A stretch of 64,000 bases of DNA from Podarcis tiliguerta. Its lineage: Eukaryota. This document shows, in pieces, positions 13,591 through 27,558 of the stretch. A program made the position numbers and the translations under genes. How positions within the stretch are numbered: position 1 is the first letter of the stretch; each line of letters starts with the position of its first letter. The notes beneath the pieces were generated by a model. That model did not search any database. It was not told the DNA's origin and saw only the letters and a list, made by a program, of their open reading frames with translations. The stretch is taken from NCBI GenBank assembly GCA_965153285.1, contig OZ229114.1; one strand, given 5' to 3'.

Positions 13591-15032
13591 CTAGGGATTA
13601 AAGTATCAGTCCTTTAATGCAAACGTCCAGTTCAGCCAGCTTCTGAATGAAGAGACAGATTGCATGGATATCAAAGGCCAGACTCTCAGGACTACTGCCA
13701 TGTCATTCAAGCTGTCTGCAGGCATTCTGCACACCAGACAGGTAGAACTCACATTAGCGCTGCTGGACTGATCTTCCCAAGAGCCAGAGACAATCAAATT
13801 GCCACATGCTCTCAAGTTCATAGCATCTGTTTCCTGATGTTTCTCTCATGAGCACAGCACACCTGGAATCACTTGGCTTATATCAGTGATGAAAGTGGAT
13901 GAGATGTTTCCCCCCAAATGTCAAAGCATCATAGTGTTAAGTCTAAGCTTTCTGGAAAAGCTAGGCAGACTTTTTGCTGCTGTTTCAAGTCTTCTTGCAT
14001 TCAAAACCACAGCAAGCAAGCTCACACGGCCACTGCAATCACCACCGCCACTAGAAGAGAGAGAGAAAAAACAATCAAGCACACTGGATTCTGTGCTTTG
14101 TGCCAACGCAAAATGAAGTCTGGACAAAGTCCCATTGAACTCAATGGAGTTTAGGGACAGATAGACATGTATAGGATTTTTAAGAGGGTTGCATCCTTCA
14201 GAGTACCAAAACCACCTACAATTTAGAACCATAAAGCACACGTAACATAACAACAACAGGTTGCTGTGTTATAAAACGGAACTGCACATTATGTTGGAGC
14301 CCTTAAGCCTGCAAGTTTCATGGCTAATATAGAAGTACTGGGACGGGGGGTGGATTCTGGTTCAAGACCTCAGCATGTAGGATGCAGCAGAGTGATCACT
14401 CCCTCATCCCTCTCTGCAAATTGTCCCAGTCCAAACTGTCCTGTGACTGCTTTCGCAAACACAAGATGACGCAGGGAGCTCCAGGTGCAGATGTAACACA
14501 CCATTTAAGGCTGTACTAAATTGTAGAAAAAGCAGCTCTGCAAACTGAACAGACTGTACTGATACTGGTTGCGCTGACAGCTTTCAGTGGTTTCAGCATC
14601 ACCCTAGCCACTTCACCCCATTGCATGTACCACAGGGTTTGGCAAGATATGGAAGGCATGCTTTCCCAACCTCATCTTTATGGACCCTTATTTCAGTAAA
14701 GTGAAACATGGTGGGAGAAGCCCATTACAACATAGCTTGGGAAAGGGATTTAGCCTATGGAGCAAAGCTTCCTTGAACTACTCTGTACCATAACTTGTGT
14801 TTGACAAAGCAACCAGATGTTCATGCTATCATTCCTTTCTTTGCAATTAAAAATGATTTGTATTTGTGTGTGGGTGTTTTGATGCTCTGAGTGAAGAAGC
14901 ATTTACCAAGACATTCAAAGTGAGATCTTGGGGAGGATTTGAGCTAGTAGGGTTAGCAGAAATGAGGTAACACCTACAACAGCGGGGGGGGGGGGGACAC
15001 ACACCTGTGGCCCTTCAGATGCTTTTGGACTA

Positions 15033-15274
15033 CAGTGGTAGCTCTGGTTATGAACTTAATTTGTTCCAGAGATCCGTTCTTAAGCTGAAACCATTCTTAT
15101 CCTGAGGTGCGCTTTCGCTAATGGGGCCTCACACTGCGTGTGCACCTGAAGCCTGTGATTTCTGTCCACATCCTGGGGCAAAGTTCACAACCAGGAGCAG
15201 CTACTTCCAGGTTAGTGGAGCTTGTAAACTGAAGTGTTCATAACCAGAAGCATTCTTAACCAGCAGTACCACTG
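15033..15274. mobile_element. Tc1/mariner-type MITE (CAGTGGTACCTC family) inserted into a hAT-MITE remnant
   Basis: TIRs cagtggtagctctggtt / aaccagcagtaccactg; TA on both sides; splits host ggacta|caactcccatcat. Confidence 0.9.
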
Positions 15275-15346
15275 TACAACTCCCATCATCCATTACCACT
15301 GGCCGTGCTGACAGGAGCTGCTGTAAAATTTATCCTCTTAACAAGC

Positions 15347-15351
<5 letters not shown>

Positions 15352-15384
<33 letters not shown>
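15352..15384. repeat. (CT)n microsatellite
   Basis: Direct reading. Confidence 0.95.
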
Positions 15385-15387
<3 letters not shown>

Positions 15388-15517
15388 CACATATCTCTTT
15401 CCTCCCAGGCTTTTAAGAATCTCTGGTATTTTTATTTCACGTAATATGAATCAATGTTCTTTTAAAACCTAATTTAACCACATAGCTGGAGACCCTTAGT
15501 ATTCAGCATCAGCTTGG

Positions 15518-15541
15518 GTGTGTGTGTGTGTGTGTGTGTGT
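15518..15541. repeat. (GT)n microsatellite
   Basis: Direct reading. Confidence 0.95.
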
Positions 15542-15948
15542 AATTAAACACGATTTAAAGATTATAATGGATACAGCTGGGAAATATTAATCAAAGAGAA
15601 TAATATCGAGAAAAGTAATTGCTCATTTGATTTCAGCAATTCAGGTCAAATATCTCAAGGGAACAGACATTTTTTGAAATTAGGCAATTTCATTTAAACG
15701 ACTATTTTTGAAGTTATTTGCCAGCAATCCAATATACTCAAGTACTAAGGAAAGTTTATTTAAAGTTCCCCTTGCTGTGCAATTGTAAGCCACAAGGACT
15801 TTGATTATGGGAAAGAACAGTCTTACTAGGTAAGACCAATGGTAGTCCAGTGTAGTATCCTCTTGACAACAATGGCTAAATTCTGGAAATGTCTACAAAA
15901 CAATTTACATTATTAAATGTTTTCTAATAAGAACTACCAACTTTTCAG

Positions 15949-16288
15949 CTGATTGGCTGTTTTTCAAATATGCCAATTACTATTTATTTTAATCAGTTAT
16001 CTCCAGTACCAATCTTGGTGTTGGAAGTGCAACAGCAGGCATCATTGTGTGTATGATGTAAGAGTTATTTCTGTTCTCTGTTTTCCTCTTGAGAAGGTGG
16101 AAATGTTGCTTACCAACCAGTCAGAGTAGTGTGAGATTTCTACTCAGATGGCATGTGCTCTGATTGGCTGTGTAATTCTGATGGAGTTTCCCCACTGTAT
16201 GTTTGGTTAAACTACTTCCGGCTATGTACAAAGCTCGACCTAAGAAACACAAAGGTTCTTTATTTCATTCTCCTAAAATTATGCAAAT
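15949..16288. promoter_or_regulatory. Candidate promoter/enhancer motif cluster (two NF-Y CCAAT boxes, ETS, octamer)
   Basis: CTGATTGGCTGT at 15949 and 16160, ACTTCCGG at 16214, ATGCAAAT at 16281, in apparently non-repetitive sequence. Confidence 0.3.
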
Positions 16289-17766
16289 TTGTTCAGTTTC
16301 CTGCATAAAGTGTTATCAAGACATAAATCCTGGAGAGCCACTGCCAGTGCATGTAGACAGCTGACTCCGTATACTGACTCAGTATAAGACCGTTTGATTC
16401 TGCAAAATGTTCAGGGAATTTAATGACGCTAAGCAAGCTGTTGCTAAACAAATGAGGAAGTTGTTTATTGCGAATATTGATCATGCTGTGGGGTGATTAT
16501 GGCACTTGGACTTTGAGTAGGTGCAGAGTCTGCTTCAGTCTTTCCTGGCTTTCTTTCAGTTTGTCATCCACTACCATTCAGAAATCTTTCTGATACGTGT
16601 TGCTGTTTCTTCGGTTTCTGGAATTTTTTTTGCATGTGTGTAATTGACTGCTTAATCAATTACAACTAGGGGAAGAGTGAAATAAGTATGAAAAGTAATC
16701 ATCAGTACCGGCAGAATGCAAAAATGCAAGGGTTTGACCCCAGTAGTTTCCTATTTTACTCAAAGCACATTCACTTCACTAGCTCGATATATAAGCACTG
16801 AGCAGGGCTAAGGACAGCTGATCTGGGCCAACATTTGAAAATTAAACACACCAGCTTTTCTCTCTCCATACTCTGTAGGAGGGACCTTTTAAGGGGTACA
16901 AATCTGGGGATAACCTCAAATTTCACAGATGGGAAGTATACTTGGCTTCCCAACAGCAGGGACACTTGTTGATTAATTAGTGTTCGTTCTCCCCCATCTG
17001 TACTGTAGCTGATGTTTGGGAAGTTGTTTTGAAATCCTACTTCCAGACCCCGCTTGATTCTTAATTCTTGCAACACCTTCTAGTTCCCCTTCCCCACATG
17101 TCTGGCTGATGATGTTGTATAGGAAACCTTTTGCATAAGAATTTTGTATATTAAGCTTTGTACAGTTATTCCACCTTATTGCCACATCTTAAAGAATTAA
17201 AACTTTTAGGTCTCCCAGGAGTTTTTTGTTTAGTATATTGTCTTGATTTAGTGTTTTTATCTTGCTTCTGCTATTTTTTAATTTTTTTTTAGCTTAAAGA
17301 CTGTTTCATTCATTCTGTTTTCAAGCCAGCAAGGAACCTCTCTCTGCTAGTGTTGTTATTGCCACTTAATCCAAAGTTACGCTTGCATTTGGCAAAACAT
17401 GTGTCTTCTCTCCGAATCTGATCAGTGATATCCAAAGCACCCTGGATAACGCTGAACTAGCTAAAATATTGTCACTGTGTTATGATGTTCTCAAGATGGC
17501 ATTTGAAATGGAAGTTCTTAGCATGTGAAAATTAGTGGAGACAGTTATGGTACAACTTGAATAATCTGAAAGGCTGAGGAAGCACCCAAATTACTCAGAA
17601 TTACATGGGGCTGCACACTAAGCAGGGGTATATTACATATGGTGGTCTCAGTATAAGTATAGTATTCTGCCTAAATGGGGTTTCTGACATTTAAGGAATT
17701 GTGGTTTCTTTGTTCTAATCCTGCATTTCCTTCCATTGTGTTGGTTCCAGAGGCAGACAAAAACAT

Positions 17767-17770
<4 letters not shown>

Positions 17771-17814
<44 letters not shown>
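17771..17814. repeat. (AG)n microsatellite
   Basis: Direct reading. Confidence 0.95.
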
Positions 17815-17815
<1 letters not shown>

Positions 17816-19439
17816 ACACTTGTATGGATTATGACTTCCTCCTATTTGCTGAATAGAAATCTCACAGTAAGTTTTGTGCAAATATATGTAGGTTGAAAAA
17901 AACTTTGGAATTGTATGTGTGGTACTAAACAAATGATGAAGTTATTGAGTTTAATATGAGAACATCTCAGATTGTTTGGAGAAGCCACACATCATCATCC
18001 CAAGACTTCATTCCCAGGTGAATATTAGAGTTTATGTGCAAGCAACAAAAATAGGGCTGTGATATTTACAAAGATCAGTTATGGATAATTTAAGCCTTTG
18101 CTCCTAACCTTGATCTTGCTATGACAATAAATAAGAACTTAGGAGGTAGTATTCTGGCTCTGTTGAATTTGGGTAAGTCATGAAATGAAATCTACAACAA
18201 GGATGGGAAACCCATGGCCTCCAGACATTGTTGATCTTCATCTCCCATAAGATGAGAGTTGCAGTACAATACCTAGAGAGTTATAATAAATTGAATAGTA
18301 TTGTGTTGTTATTTTTTAAAAGAAATTCACTTCTCATGATTTCATTTCCAGTTTTCTTATGCTCATATCCTCCCTTTCTTCCATTATGGAACCAAGGTGG
18401 AATAAATATGGTTCCCAGGCAGCAGCCCAACCAGACATTGGCCAGACCCAGGTCGTCTTAGCTCCAGCAAATTGGTGGCCTCATGTGCCTTCAGACCATA
18501 CCTTGGAACAGCTGGAGACCGTCTCTTAGATAGTGTATCAATTTCTGGCTAAGATCTCATACTACATGGAGAAGTACCTGTTTCTGTGGTCCATGTGTTG
18601 CAAAATGATAGCATATGTTTGCATCAGATTAAGGAGCTGTGAATAAGTGGACTATGTCTATTAGAACTGAGTGTATACCACTTGGCACAGCTTTATTGAA
18701 ATCAACCTCCTTCTTAAATAAAAAGATGAGTGTGGCTGCTTGGCTGACTATTCTCTGGAACTGCTGATCTGGAACTTTCTGAGAGGCAATTTACACCCAG
18801 AGTTGGGGAACTCTGATTTGTAATGGGGAGAGCAGAACAGAGACTTAATCTTTTACATTGGCCTCGTGCTTACTTTTATTAGTATGTTTACATACTGATG
18901 TTTTATTATTCTGTTAATTTTATTTACACCTCAATTGTCAATTTCTACTGTGATAAATAATATATTAAGGGGAGGGAGGAGAAATTAATATAAAAAGCTA
19001 TCTTGGTACACATATCTAAGCTTGTTCTGGGATGTTACATAATAAAATAACCTGGGAAAATTTCACATGTGATATTATTGATTCATAGTCTCTAGATACT
19101 AGGAAAATATTACAGGACACTATCTGGTTGTCTCTGGAGGGCTAGATGTCTATGTGATTTTATAACAAGTTTAGGAATTTATTTCCCCTGAAGGTCATTA
19201 TGGCACACTTGATTATGCTAGTTATGAAATCTCACCATCCAGTTCTACTACACAGCAGCAAGATGATACCTGCCATGTGCAATTATTTATCCTTTAAGAC
19301 TTTTTCTGTTCCAGATCAGGTTCTATAAATGTGTTTTAATGTGCTTGTCACATTGAATCAGATCGTGGCAGGCTATAAAAAAAACCCAATTTCATTGGTT
19401 AAAATAAATAAACCAAGGCAGGTAAAGGCCTCTGAGGTG

Positions 19440-19635
19440 AAAATATTCCAGTAGCTTTGGCTGGTGGTCCAGTTGCACTTCTGTCTTGACAGGGATAGCC
19501 TAACTTCTGTTGTCTAGGCTCTGGAAATCTCTAAGTTAGATTACTGCAACACATTATACATGGGGCTGGTGCAGAATTCGGCAGCCAAGTTGCTCCCCTG
19601 GGCAAGATGGTTTGAGCATATAACAGCAATCCCTG
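19440..19635 (+). mobile_element. L2 LINE fragment
   Basis: tctaagttagattactgcaacacattatac..ggggctggtgcagaattcggcagcc matches the L2 ORF2 S.LDYCN / LVQN.AA region. Confidence 0.6.
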
Positions 19636-20436
19636 CATGTTTTGGGTACTGTAGCCTGGGTAACTCCACCCACATTAAGATTTGGCAGCAAATGATTCAG
19701 ATGCTGGTTGCCTATCCACAGGTTAAGCATTTGTTGCAGCTCCCCTAGATATCAGTTAACATTCCTGTATGAAATTCCTATGCTGTTGCAGAAAGAAAGC
19801 TCAGTGTGCCAGCAAATGAGTCTGACTCCATGCTCTTATTTTCTCACTTAATAGCTTGAGAAACAAAAACAAAATTGAAACCCCTCTGGGCATATAGAGG
19901 CAGAATGAGCAAAAGGAAGGGGGGGGGTGTTCTTGCATGCCAGCAAACCTACTGTTTGCGAGCTACAATGAGGTCTTTCAGCTGTATGTGCTTAACATCA
20001 ATGAAGGGATTCCACATATGGAAGGGGGGAAGTTCATATTTATAGATTCCTCCTTGCAGATCCTTGTGGCCCTGTTTCGTAAGACTGATGGAGCCTTCAG
20101 AACAGTGTGGAAAGTGATATTGGGGGTGACAGAGACAACTAGCAAAAATCCCTTCCTGGTGCTTCCATGAAAGGGAGCCTCTGTTGAATTGTAGCCTGCA
20201 CCATGAACCACCTGCACTTGCTGAAGAGGCAGCACTAGATAAAAATGCTGAAGGCCTGGAAAGCAGATACAAATAACCCTTAATCCATGTTGGGGAGATG
20301 TTGGTGTGATAAAAAGTTTGGTTCGAACATAGGACGAGTCTATACAGGAGGTTGTGCCACTTCTTTCAGGTGAAGCATCAGCTGTAGCTGCTTATTTGCC
20401 TTTTACCTTCTGCATTCCTTCATACATACCTTAGGT

Positions 20437-20573
20437 CAGTGTTTCTCAACCTTGGGCTGCCAGCTGTTTTTAGGACTACAACTCCCATCATCCCTGATCA
20501 CTGGCCCTGCTAGCTATGGATGATGGGAGTTGTAGTCCAAAAACAGCTGGAGGCCCAGGGTTGAGAAACGCTG
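20437..20573. mobile_element. hAT MITE (ggactacaactcccatcat family)
   Basis: TIRs cagtgtttctcaacc / ggttgagaaacgctg; perfect 8-bp TSD ccttaggt. Confidence 0.92.
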
Positions 20574-23500
20574 CCTTAGGTGATGCTGTGTGACCTGTGC
20601 TGGAACTGTACCTATGGTGGGAGGGTTTACCTATGTGCCATTCTCCTGCATTATGTCCCTTTTAAAAACAATAGAAGCATGAATTGAACATTCCCATGCA
20701 GCAGAAACAACCTGATGACTAGTACACCAGAAGTCTGGCAGCTCCATGAGCAGCTGACAGTCTGTTATGCCAGCACTCCAGTAAGACTGATGACAGGAGA
20801 AGTCAGGTTGATGATACAGTACTGGAAGTATGGAGAGAAAACTATGGCTTCACTGGCCATCCCAGGTCAAATGCCACTTAATAAAAATCCATCTTGATAA
20901 TAAACAGAAAACATGCTATGAAGGGAGAGTGGAAACATGACGGCCAGTGGCAATGAGTTTTTATTTGTGGATTTGTATTTATGACATGATTTGTTCTGAA
21001 AGAAGAGACATTTCTGAGACAAAGCAATTGTGATAACAGTATTCAGTTATGCAACTTTTAAATTAGGTCTGGAGACTAAACAACAATATTGCTGAAAAGT
21101 GTGGCAATAAAAGGGATCCATTTTCCCAAATATAATCCAACTACAATGTCCCTGCTTCACTTTGCACATAGTCTCCATTACAGCCTTTATTGCCCACTTT
21201 GTTCTCTTTCATGAAGTGTTAGGTATTATCAGATTTCCCATCAAACTCTGCAGGTACTTCATTCAATACATTTTTTGACATCATTCTTGAAATATATGCA
21301 ATTACGCACTAAGCTAAATTTCATTATGCCTTTGGTTAGGTTTTTAATTTTACAGTCTCTGCTTCATAATCTCTGCTACTTTGTTGTTATGCTTGCCCAG
21401 AAAACATGTCTCTATGGACACCTGCAAACTACTTTTCAGTGTTCAGGGACTAAGTCTGTCTGGAACACAAATGACTGCAGGAAATTTAATTCAAGGCTGC
21501 TAGAGAAACGATATCCTACTTTTCTGCAGGAGGACAGTCCCCACCAATTATGCAGTAGCTCTAACCCAGAACGTAGCACATTTAATGAAGTACATAGGAG
21601 CACAGTATGCTCCTTTGGGTGGAGGTCTGGATATCAGAGTGCCAAAGTAAGGTATGGGGTGGAGATGGGGAGACAGAGAAGAGATCAGAGCTTTGGAAGA
21701 AATGAAGCTTTATGGGGAAAGTATTAAAAAAAATTGGAAAATTAACAGTTAAATATGAAGGCTGTTTAGAGAAGGAAGGAAGAGAAGTGAAAACTTTTGT
21801 GACTGTCCTTCATGGACTTTGTGCAGGAATTGCTTCCGCTTGGGGAGGCAGAGAAAGGCAGGGAAATGAGTGTGAATTAGAAAGCCAATGCAATGGCTGT
21901 ACAAGCATCAGAATTGAATAAAATAAAAAACAAGAGTTTCCTCGACCAGAACCAGAATTCACCAACCGGCAACAGCTCAAAGGGGCACTAAAGATAGAAT
22001 TCTAGAGTGAGTTGGGATATGTTTAATTCACAGCAAGACTCTGCTTTGCAACTACCTGGAATACAGAAGTGTAGATGTACAAGAAGGGGCATGCGACTAG
22101 GAGCTCCAAAAATGAAGTTATCAAAGCCAATGGAAGACACACTTGAAGGACTATGAGGAAATGCACGTAGGACACAGGAGACTTGCTGAGCTCAAAGGTT
22201 GTGAGGCCAGTTATAACCCTTGATTACAAAGTAGGATGTTTCTGGGGTGGCAGTTTCCAGGTGCACAAAAAGAGACGACTGTCTTCTATCTGCTTTAACA
22301 AGAGAGAGAGGGTCTTGGCTCTACGTGGTGGTCAAGCACCAATTACAGAGCACAGTAGAAATCTCGGGCCTCTCCATGCCCAACTGAAGAATGATAGCTC
22401 AGAGTAGGTCTCAGAGAAAGGTTGGGGGCTAACAAGGTTGTACTGTAGTGTACAGAGGTTGTAGACATTCCACTGCCCATTTCAGCAGAGAATTTCCATG
22501 GGAACTTCAAGCATACCTTTCCCTTGTTTGCTAGAACCCTACCAGCTCACTCAAAGAAAATATAGCCTTTTTTGAGCCAAGGTGGTTGTGAAGGGACACG
22601 TGAAATGGAGGCAGAATAGGGGTCGCCAGTAACAGCTTTCTTATTTTGCCACTTTTCCAACTGACTAAGAACAGTAAAATGAGTTGCTATTTTTCTTATT
22701 ACATTTTTTTGTACTTCTACTTGGATTTCTACACTGGTGGCCTGATTTCCTCAGTTTTGTATCTTAGAACACTTAGCATGTGAATAACAAGATTTTCCAT
22801 GAGAACACTCCGATATCAATGAAGTGGATTTCGTAATTTACCTGAGTTACATACTCTCGGCCAATGTCCTTGACAGATGAAAATTAAATGAGTCTGGAAA
22901 GTGCTGTTATGCACCAATTAAATCTTTGACATAGGATATGAACACATTTTAAACAGTTGTATATGGTAGGTAAGGTCTGGAAAGGTTAAACACTTGAGTA
23001 TTATGAAATGTAGTTCTGCGTCACCTCTAATCTTTCAGCAGTATGTATTGAGCTTCATTTTTAGCTTTCTAAGTGTTTGAAAAAACTGAAACCAGTCGAC
23101 CTGTTGCCTCCTTACCATAGCTGACAATGTCTCCACAGTAGCTCTCACATCTTCCAGGAATGTGTTCAGGCTTCTGCCTACCTGACTGCTCCAAAGAGCA
23201 TGTTTATATATCACCAGGTGGCACAAGCCCCTTTAAAGCATTCCTGCTACATTTTTAACTATGGTGTCAGAGAGAAACCACATTGTACAAAGCCTGTAAT
23301 GCATTTCTAGACCAACATGGGATCAGGTGCATATGCATTTTCAGCTTTGTTTGATTAAGAGAATGTGTTCAGGCCCCTTCCCTGTTGAAAATTTTTCATA
23401 TTTAATTATTGTAACCTGCCCTGGAACCTGCTGGTGATGGGATGCACAGGTAATAAATTGTTATTTTTCAAATAAGATCAGCTGTAAATAATTATCAAAC

Positions 23501-25199
23501 CATGGAGGTTTTTCCTGGTTCAAACAATGTTTTAACTTTTGAATATGCAGTCAGCCAGCACAAACTGGACTAAACACTGAACCTTTAGTACTCATCACAA
23601 ATTTGGACCTCTTTAATTGTGAAGTTATTTTTTTTAAAAAAAAAAATGGAGTATAACAGAGCCCCTGGCTAAAAATTAATTAATGAATGAAATTTTTAAA
23701 AATGAAAGTAAATTGAAGTGAAACCCATTTTTAATGCCAATTAATTTTGCTCAGAAATAAAGGATAACTATATTTATATATTCTCCATTCCTGATGCCTT
23801 GACAGGAAATGTGATACATCTCCCATGCATTTAATTTCAGGCATCACATTCCTCGCTTGACTGCAGCATCAAGTGATGTCTTCCATTAGTGATGATAGAA
23901 CCTCCCAGATCTCATACTACAGATAGAACTTTTATATTTCTCAGCACCATCTGAGGCACATCATTTGAATCGAGTCAGCTCATGTATTCAGATCCTAGTT
24001 TTCTAATTCTTATTAGTCTTATATTGCCCTTGGTAAAATCCAGACATCCCCATAACCTACAAGTAACTGGTTATTTAAGCAGATTTGTTCTAGGTATTTT
24101 TTTGCTGAATTTTAAACTTTTTTCATACACAGGGGATTAATATGTAGCACACAGCTCTCATCCCACTTTGCTCTCTACAGCAAACAAAGGAATTGTTTCA
24201 GAAGGACAAGATTATCAGTTGTCTTGCAAGGTTAATTAAAGGACTGCTACTCTTGCTGCTGTCAGTAATATGAAGAGATTAAAGTCTGTGCAAGCCTAAA
24301 TAATCAATAATATGTTCTTGGACCTTTATAGGTGTTTGCGTGAGAAAATGCTCTGGCCTTTCGAAAGAGTTAAATCATAGGTGGGTGAACCTCCCAACCT
24401 TGCCTTCTGGGAAAATATTAACTCCTGAATTGAATAAGATCTAAAAGAAAAAATGCTTGTCAAACACAGCTAAAGCTACAAGCAAACTGAATAACATCTC
24501 CCAGTCTGCTGAATAAGCTTAAAGAAACACTGCAGCTATTTCAAAATAAGCTGTTGGCAGATTTGGTAAGGTGACTTGCAAAGTGTTTTCAGATTTGAGT
24601 CCCAAACAACCACGAGGAAGAAGGCTAGCAAATTCTGAATCCAAAGTTCAGAAGGGAATATGAATGGAAGAGAGAGACATTGTAGAGAAACTGAAGCTGT
24701 AAATTCCTTGATTCAGGCTTTAATACTTTCAATTTTGAAAGAATAAACATCTCTACTTCATACATTTTTCTAGTGTACCTCCAGACTGTCAGTATTTTGT
24801 GGGAGGGATTCAAGTGCATACCATAACTTTAAATTTATTACAAAATTAAAATGAGTTAAAACATTGTATTGTCCCCAGTGTGACAAATGACACTTTTAAA
24901 AAATGGACTTTTCGAGTTTGGAAAGTGATGGGGGGAAAGTGCGGAAAAGTGAATGATTAACAGGAAGAGGTATAAACAGTCTACAAGCAACTCAGTATAA
25001 ATACTCTTTGAAGCATAGACATAGCCTAACCACTGTGTGAGCTTTGTGCAAATCAAATCAAGATAACTGTTGAATAACTGCTCAACTGGATGAACCCTAA
25101 TATAATGCACTAATTGTATCAGGTAGAGGTAACACAGAATGAAGTTTTAGAGCACAAAATGATATATGTATACCACCATCCTATCAAAAGAGTTAATTA

Positions 25200-25510
25200 A
25201 AGTGATCAAGGTATTGCAGAATGTTCTCTGCAAGAATAACATAAAAGAGTTTGAGGACAATTTGGGGATTGTAAAGGGAGCTTAGATGACTAAAATGTGT
25301 ATGTCTCCTTGTGTATAAACATGACAAAGATTTATAACATAGAGATGACTTTTTTCTCTTTCTGATTCTTCTAAATCTGATGCCAAATGAAAGAAAGACC
25401 TTTTCTACCCAGCTATTGATTTGGAATTTATTGCCACAAGATGTTGTGATGACTATATCAAAAAGGGATTAGACAAATTAATGAACAATAGATTTGTTAA
25501 TAAATGTCAA
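25200..25510 (+). mobile_element. Old CR1 LINE 3' fragment
   Basis: tggaatttattgccacaagatgttgtgatg..aaaagggattagacaaatt resembles the CR1 ORF2 end (WN.LP..VV..K.GLDK). Confidence 0.6.
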
Positions 25511-26626
25511 GAAGGCAGACTCACATTTCAGTTATTAGCTATTTGAGCTGAGAGGCAGGCAGGAAATATTAAGGACAACAAATAGGAGCACTTTTGAAGA
25601 GTGCAGTTCTGTTGGTCTGGTCTACTGAGGCAATTCTTGTATCCTTAAGTCTCTTTAGCAAAATGCTGGGTATGCCAATCAGTGCTTGAAACGGTAGTTT
25701 ATGAGACCCATTTGTTAGAAAACAAATTAGGTGAAATCCCAGTTTGCCTGATTGCATTTTTAAAGCACATTCTTCCAATTTATTTTTATTGTCTAAAACA
25801 AAAGCACAACATATCACTTTTCTACTGTTATCACCATCAAAACCAACCTGTTGTAATTAGACACTTTCCAGTCCACGTATGGTTAACTTCAATCTGTTTC
25901 TGCTTCCATCTGCTTTTGCAGACATGTTTGAGACATTCCTAAGCAATTCAGTATGTTAGTACTTGAACACTTTCTCCTTGTACCTTTTCTTGTGTAAATA
26001 AATAGAAAACCAGTTTAACATCTAAGGTCAATTCAACAAAAAGAAACAGAAATGCAAGGACCCTAAAGTTCTTTTGCTATAGCGGCATAGTTTAATCTGG
26101 TGTAGCAGTAAACAAAAAAGCAAGACACTTGTCCAAGTTTTCTTTTTACAAATGCTGTGAACTTGTATCCAGGTTAAAGTGATAAACATGGTGCTATAGG
26201 CATTTAAATGCTTCCCACCACTGTCACTGATTTAATAGCTGCCTTTCAGCAACCAAGTAGCTGCTGAAATGTCAGACTATTCCTTTTTATTACTTCCAGC
26301 GCATACAGGCTTAAGCCTGTTTGGCCTGTACAAATATCAGTTTCTCTGATGGGGATAGAGTGGCATTTTCTCATAAGAAAACAGTTTGCTACCAGAAGAG
26401 CCCTCCTGGTGTTAGGAAGGGGATGGTTGCATTGAAATCGCAAATGGCTGTTTTAAACACAAGACTGCAACCCTAAATACCCTTACTAGGGAGCAGGCCT
26501 CATGGACACAGTGGGTTTTTCTTCAAGCTCACGCACGGAGGATTGACTTCTAAGATTGAAAGTATCTATCCTAAGTAGAAATGGATGAAGCTGTCCATTT
26601 CAATTTCTCTCATTTCCTCAGTCTTC

Positions 26627-27558
26627 AACTATGTACACACCATAAATTAAAAGGGCATGATTCGCACCACAAAGAATCCTGGGAACTGTACTTTGTGGTT
26701 CGACGACCCGATCCCTGCGTAGTGGAATGAAAACACAAGGACACGTGATATAAGGTTAATGGGCAAGAAAAGGCCACAACTTTATTGATTACAGCAGTGA
26801 AAAGGTATTGGCTTAGGCATTGGATGTCCAAAACAAAGGGGGTTTATTCACCAGTAGGTGGAGCCTGTTGATGCTAATCCAACTATAGGCTCTCCCCTGA
26901 TGTCACTGAGGGTCGTGCCATGGCCTCCCGCCAAGCAGGCATCGGACAGAATACACGACCGCCAGATTCCTTTAATGGAATACCCAAAATTGAAGGCGCA
27001 GGCGATGGCCACACCTAGCCCTTCGACACACCACAACACATTATTCCAATGCCTAACCTACCCACCAATACCACGAAAGTTGTGACGATTGCTACGAGGT
27101 AGGCGAAAAAACCAAAAAGCCTAATGCCAAATGGAAAAATTCCTACCAGGCCCCCCGGACAACCAGGGTGACCAACCTAAGGTTCATAGCAAGGCCAAAA
27201 GAAAACTGAGACCCTGAGCTCTAAGGGAGTGGAGGGTGGGTGACTCACGACGGGACGACAAAAAGTGAGGCCAGAAGGCTGTTGCCGCAGCAATTTAGGC
27301 TGCTAAACACACCCCATCGCAGGCACCTGGTTGGGTGCCAGCCCGTGGGCGTGGGCACCTGCCAGGTGAATGGAAGGCAGGGGACTAACGCCCCCTGCTT
27401 GAGGCGGAGTCCGGCTCCCAACCACAACCACTCCCCTCTCTTGCAGGTGGAGAGTCTTTAAGGGGTCTGGGAATTATAGCTCTATGATGGGTAAGATTCA
27501 GTACCCAGGAGCTTTCCTGGTAAGCCATGTGCTTCAATGGTATGGTGTGTGCACAACC
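26627..27558. mobile_element. Harbinger-like palindromic MITE interrupted by a ~760-bp insertion
   Basis: Inverted ends tgtacacaccata / tatggtgtgtgcaca; core aaagaatcctgggaactgtactttg|ttaaggggtctgggaattatagctct rejoins when 26696-27457 is removed; related to 58757-59027. Confidence 0.7.
26696..27457 (-). mobile_element. CpG-rich retroelement terminal-repeat segment, DIRS/Ngaro-like (or atypical solo LTR)
   Basis: Abrupt rise in GC and CpG; minus-strand caataaagttgtggcc poly(A)-signal context; clean interruption of the host MITE with no clear TSD. Confidence 0.55.

Noticed and set aside
26696-27457. CpG-island promoter of a host gene, or foreign DNA
   Set aside because: Its boundaries coincide with the interruption of a MITE, indicating a mobile-element insertion, and it has no credible coding content.
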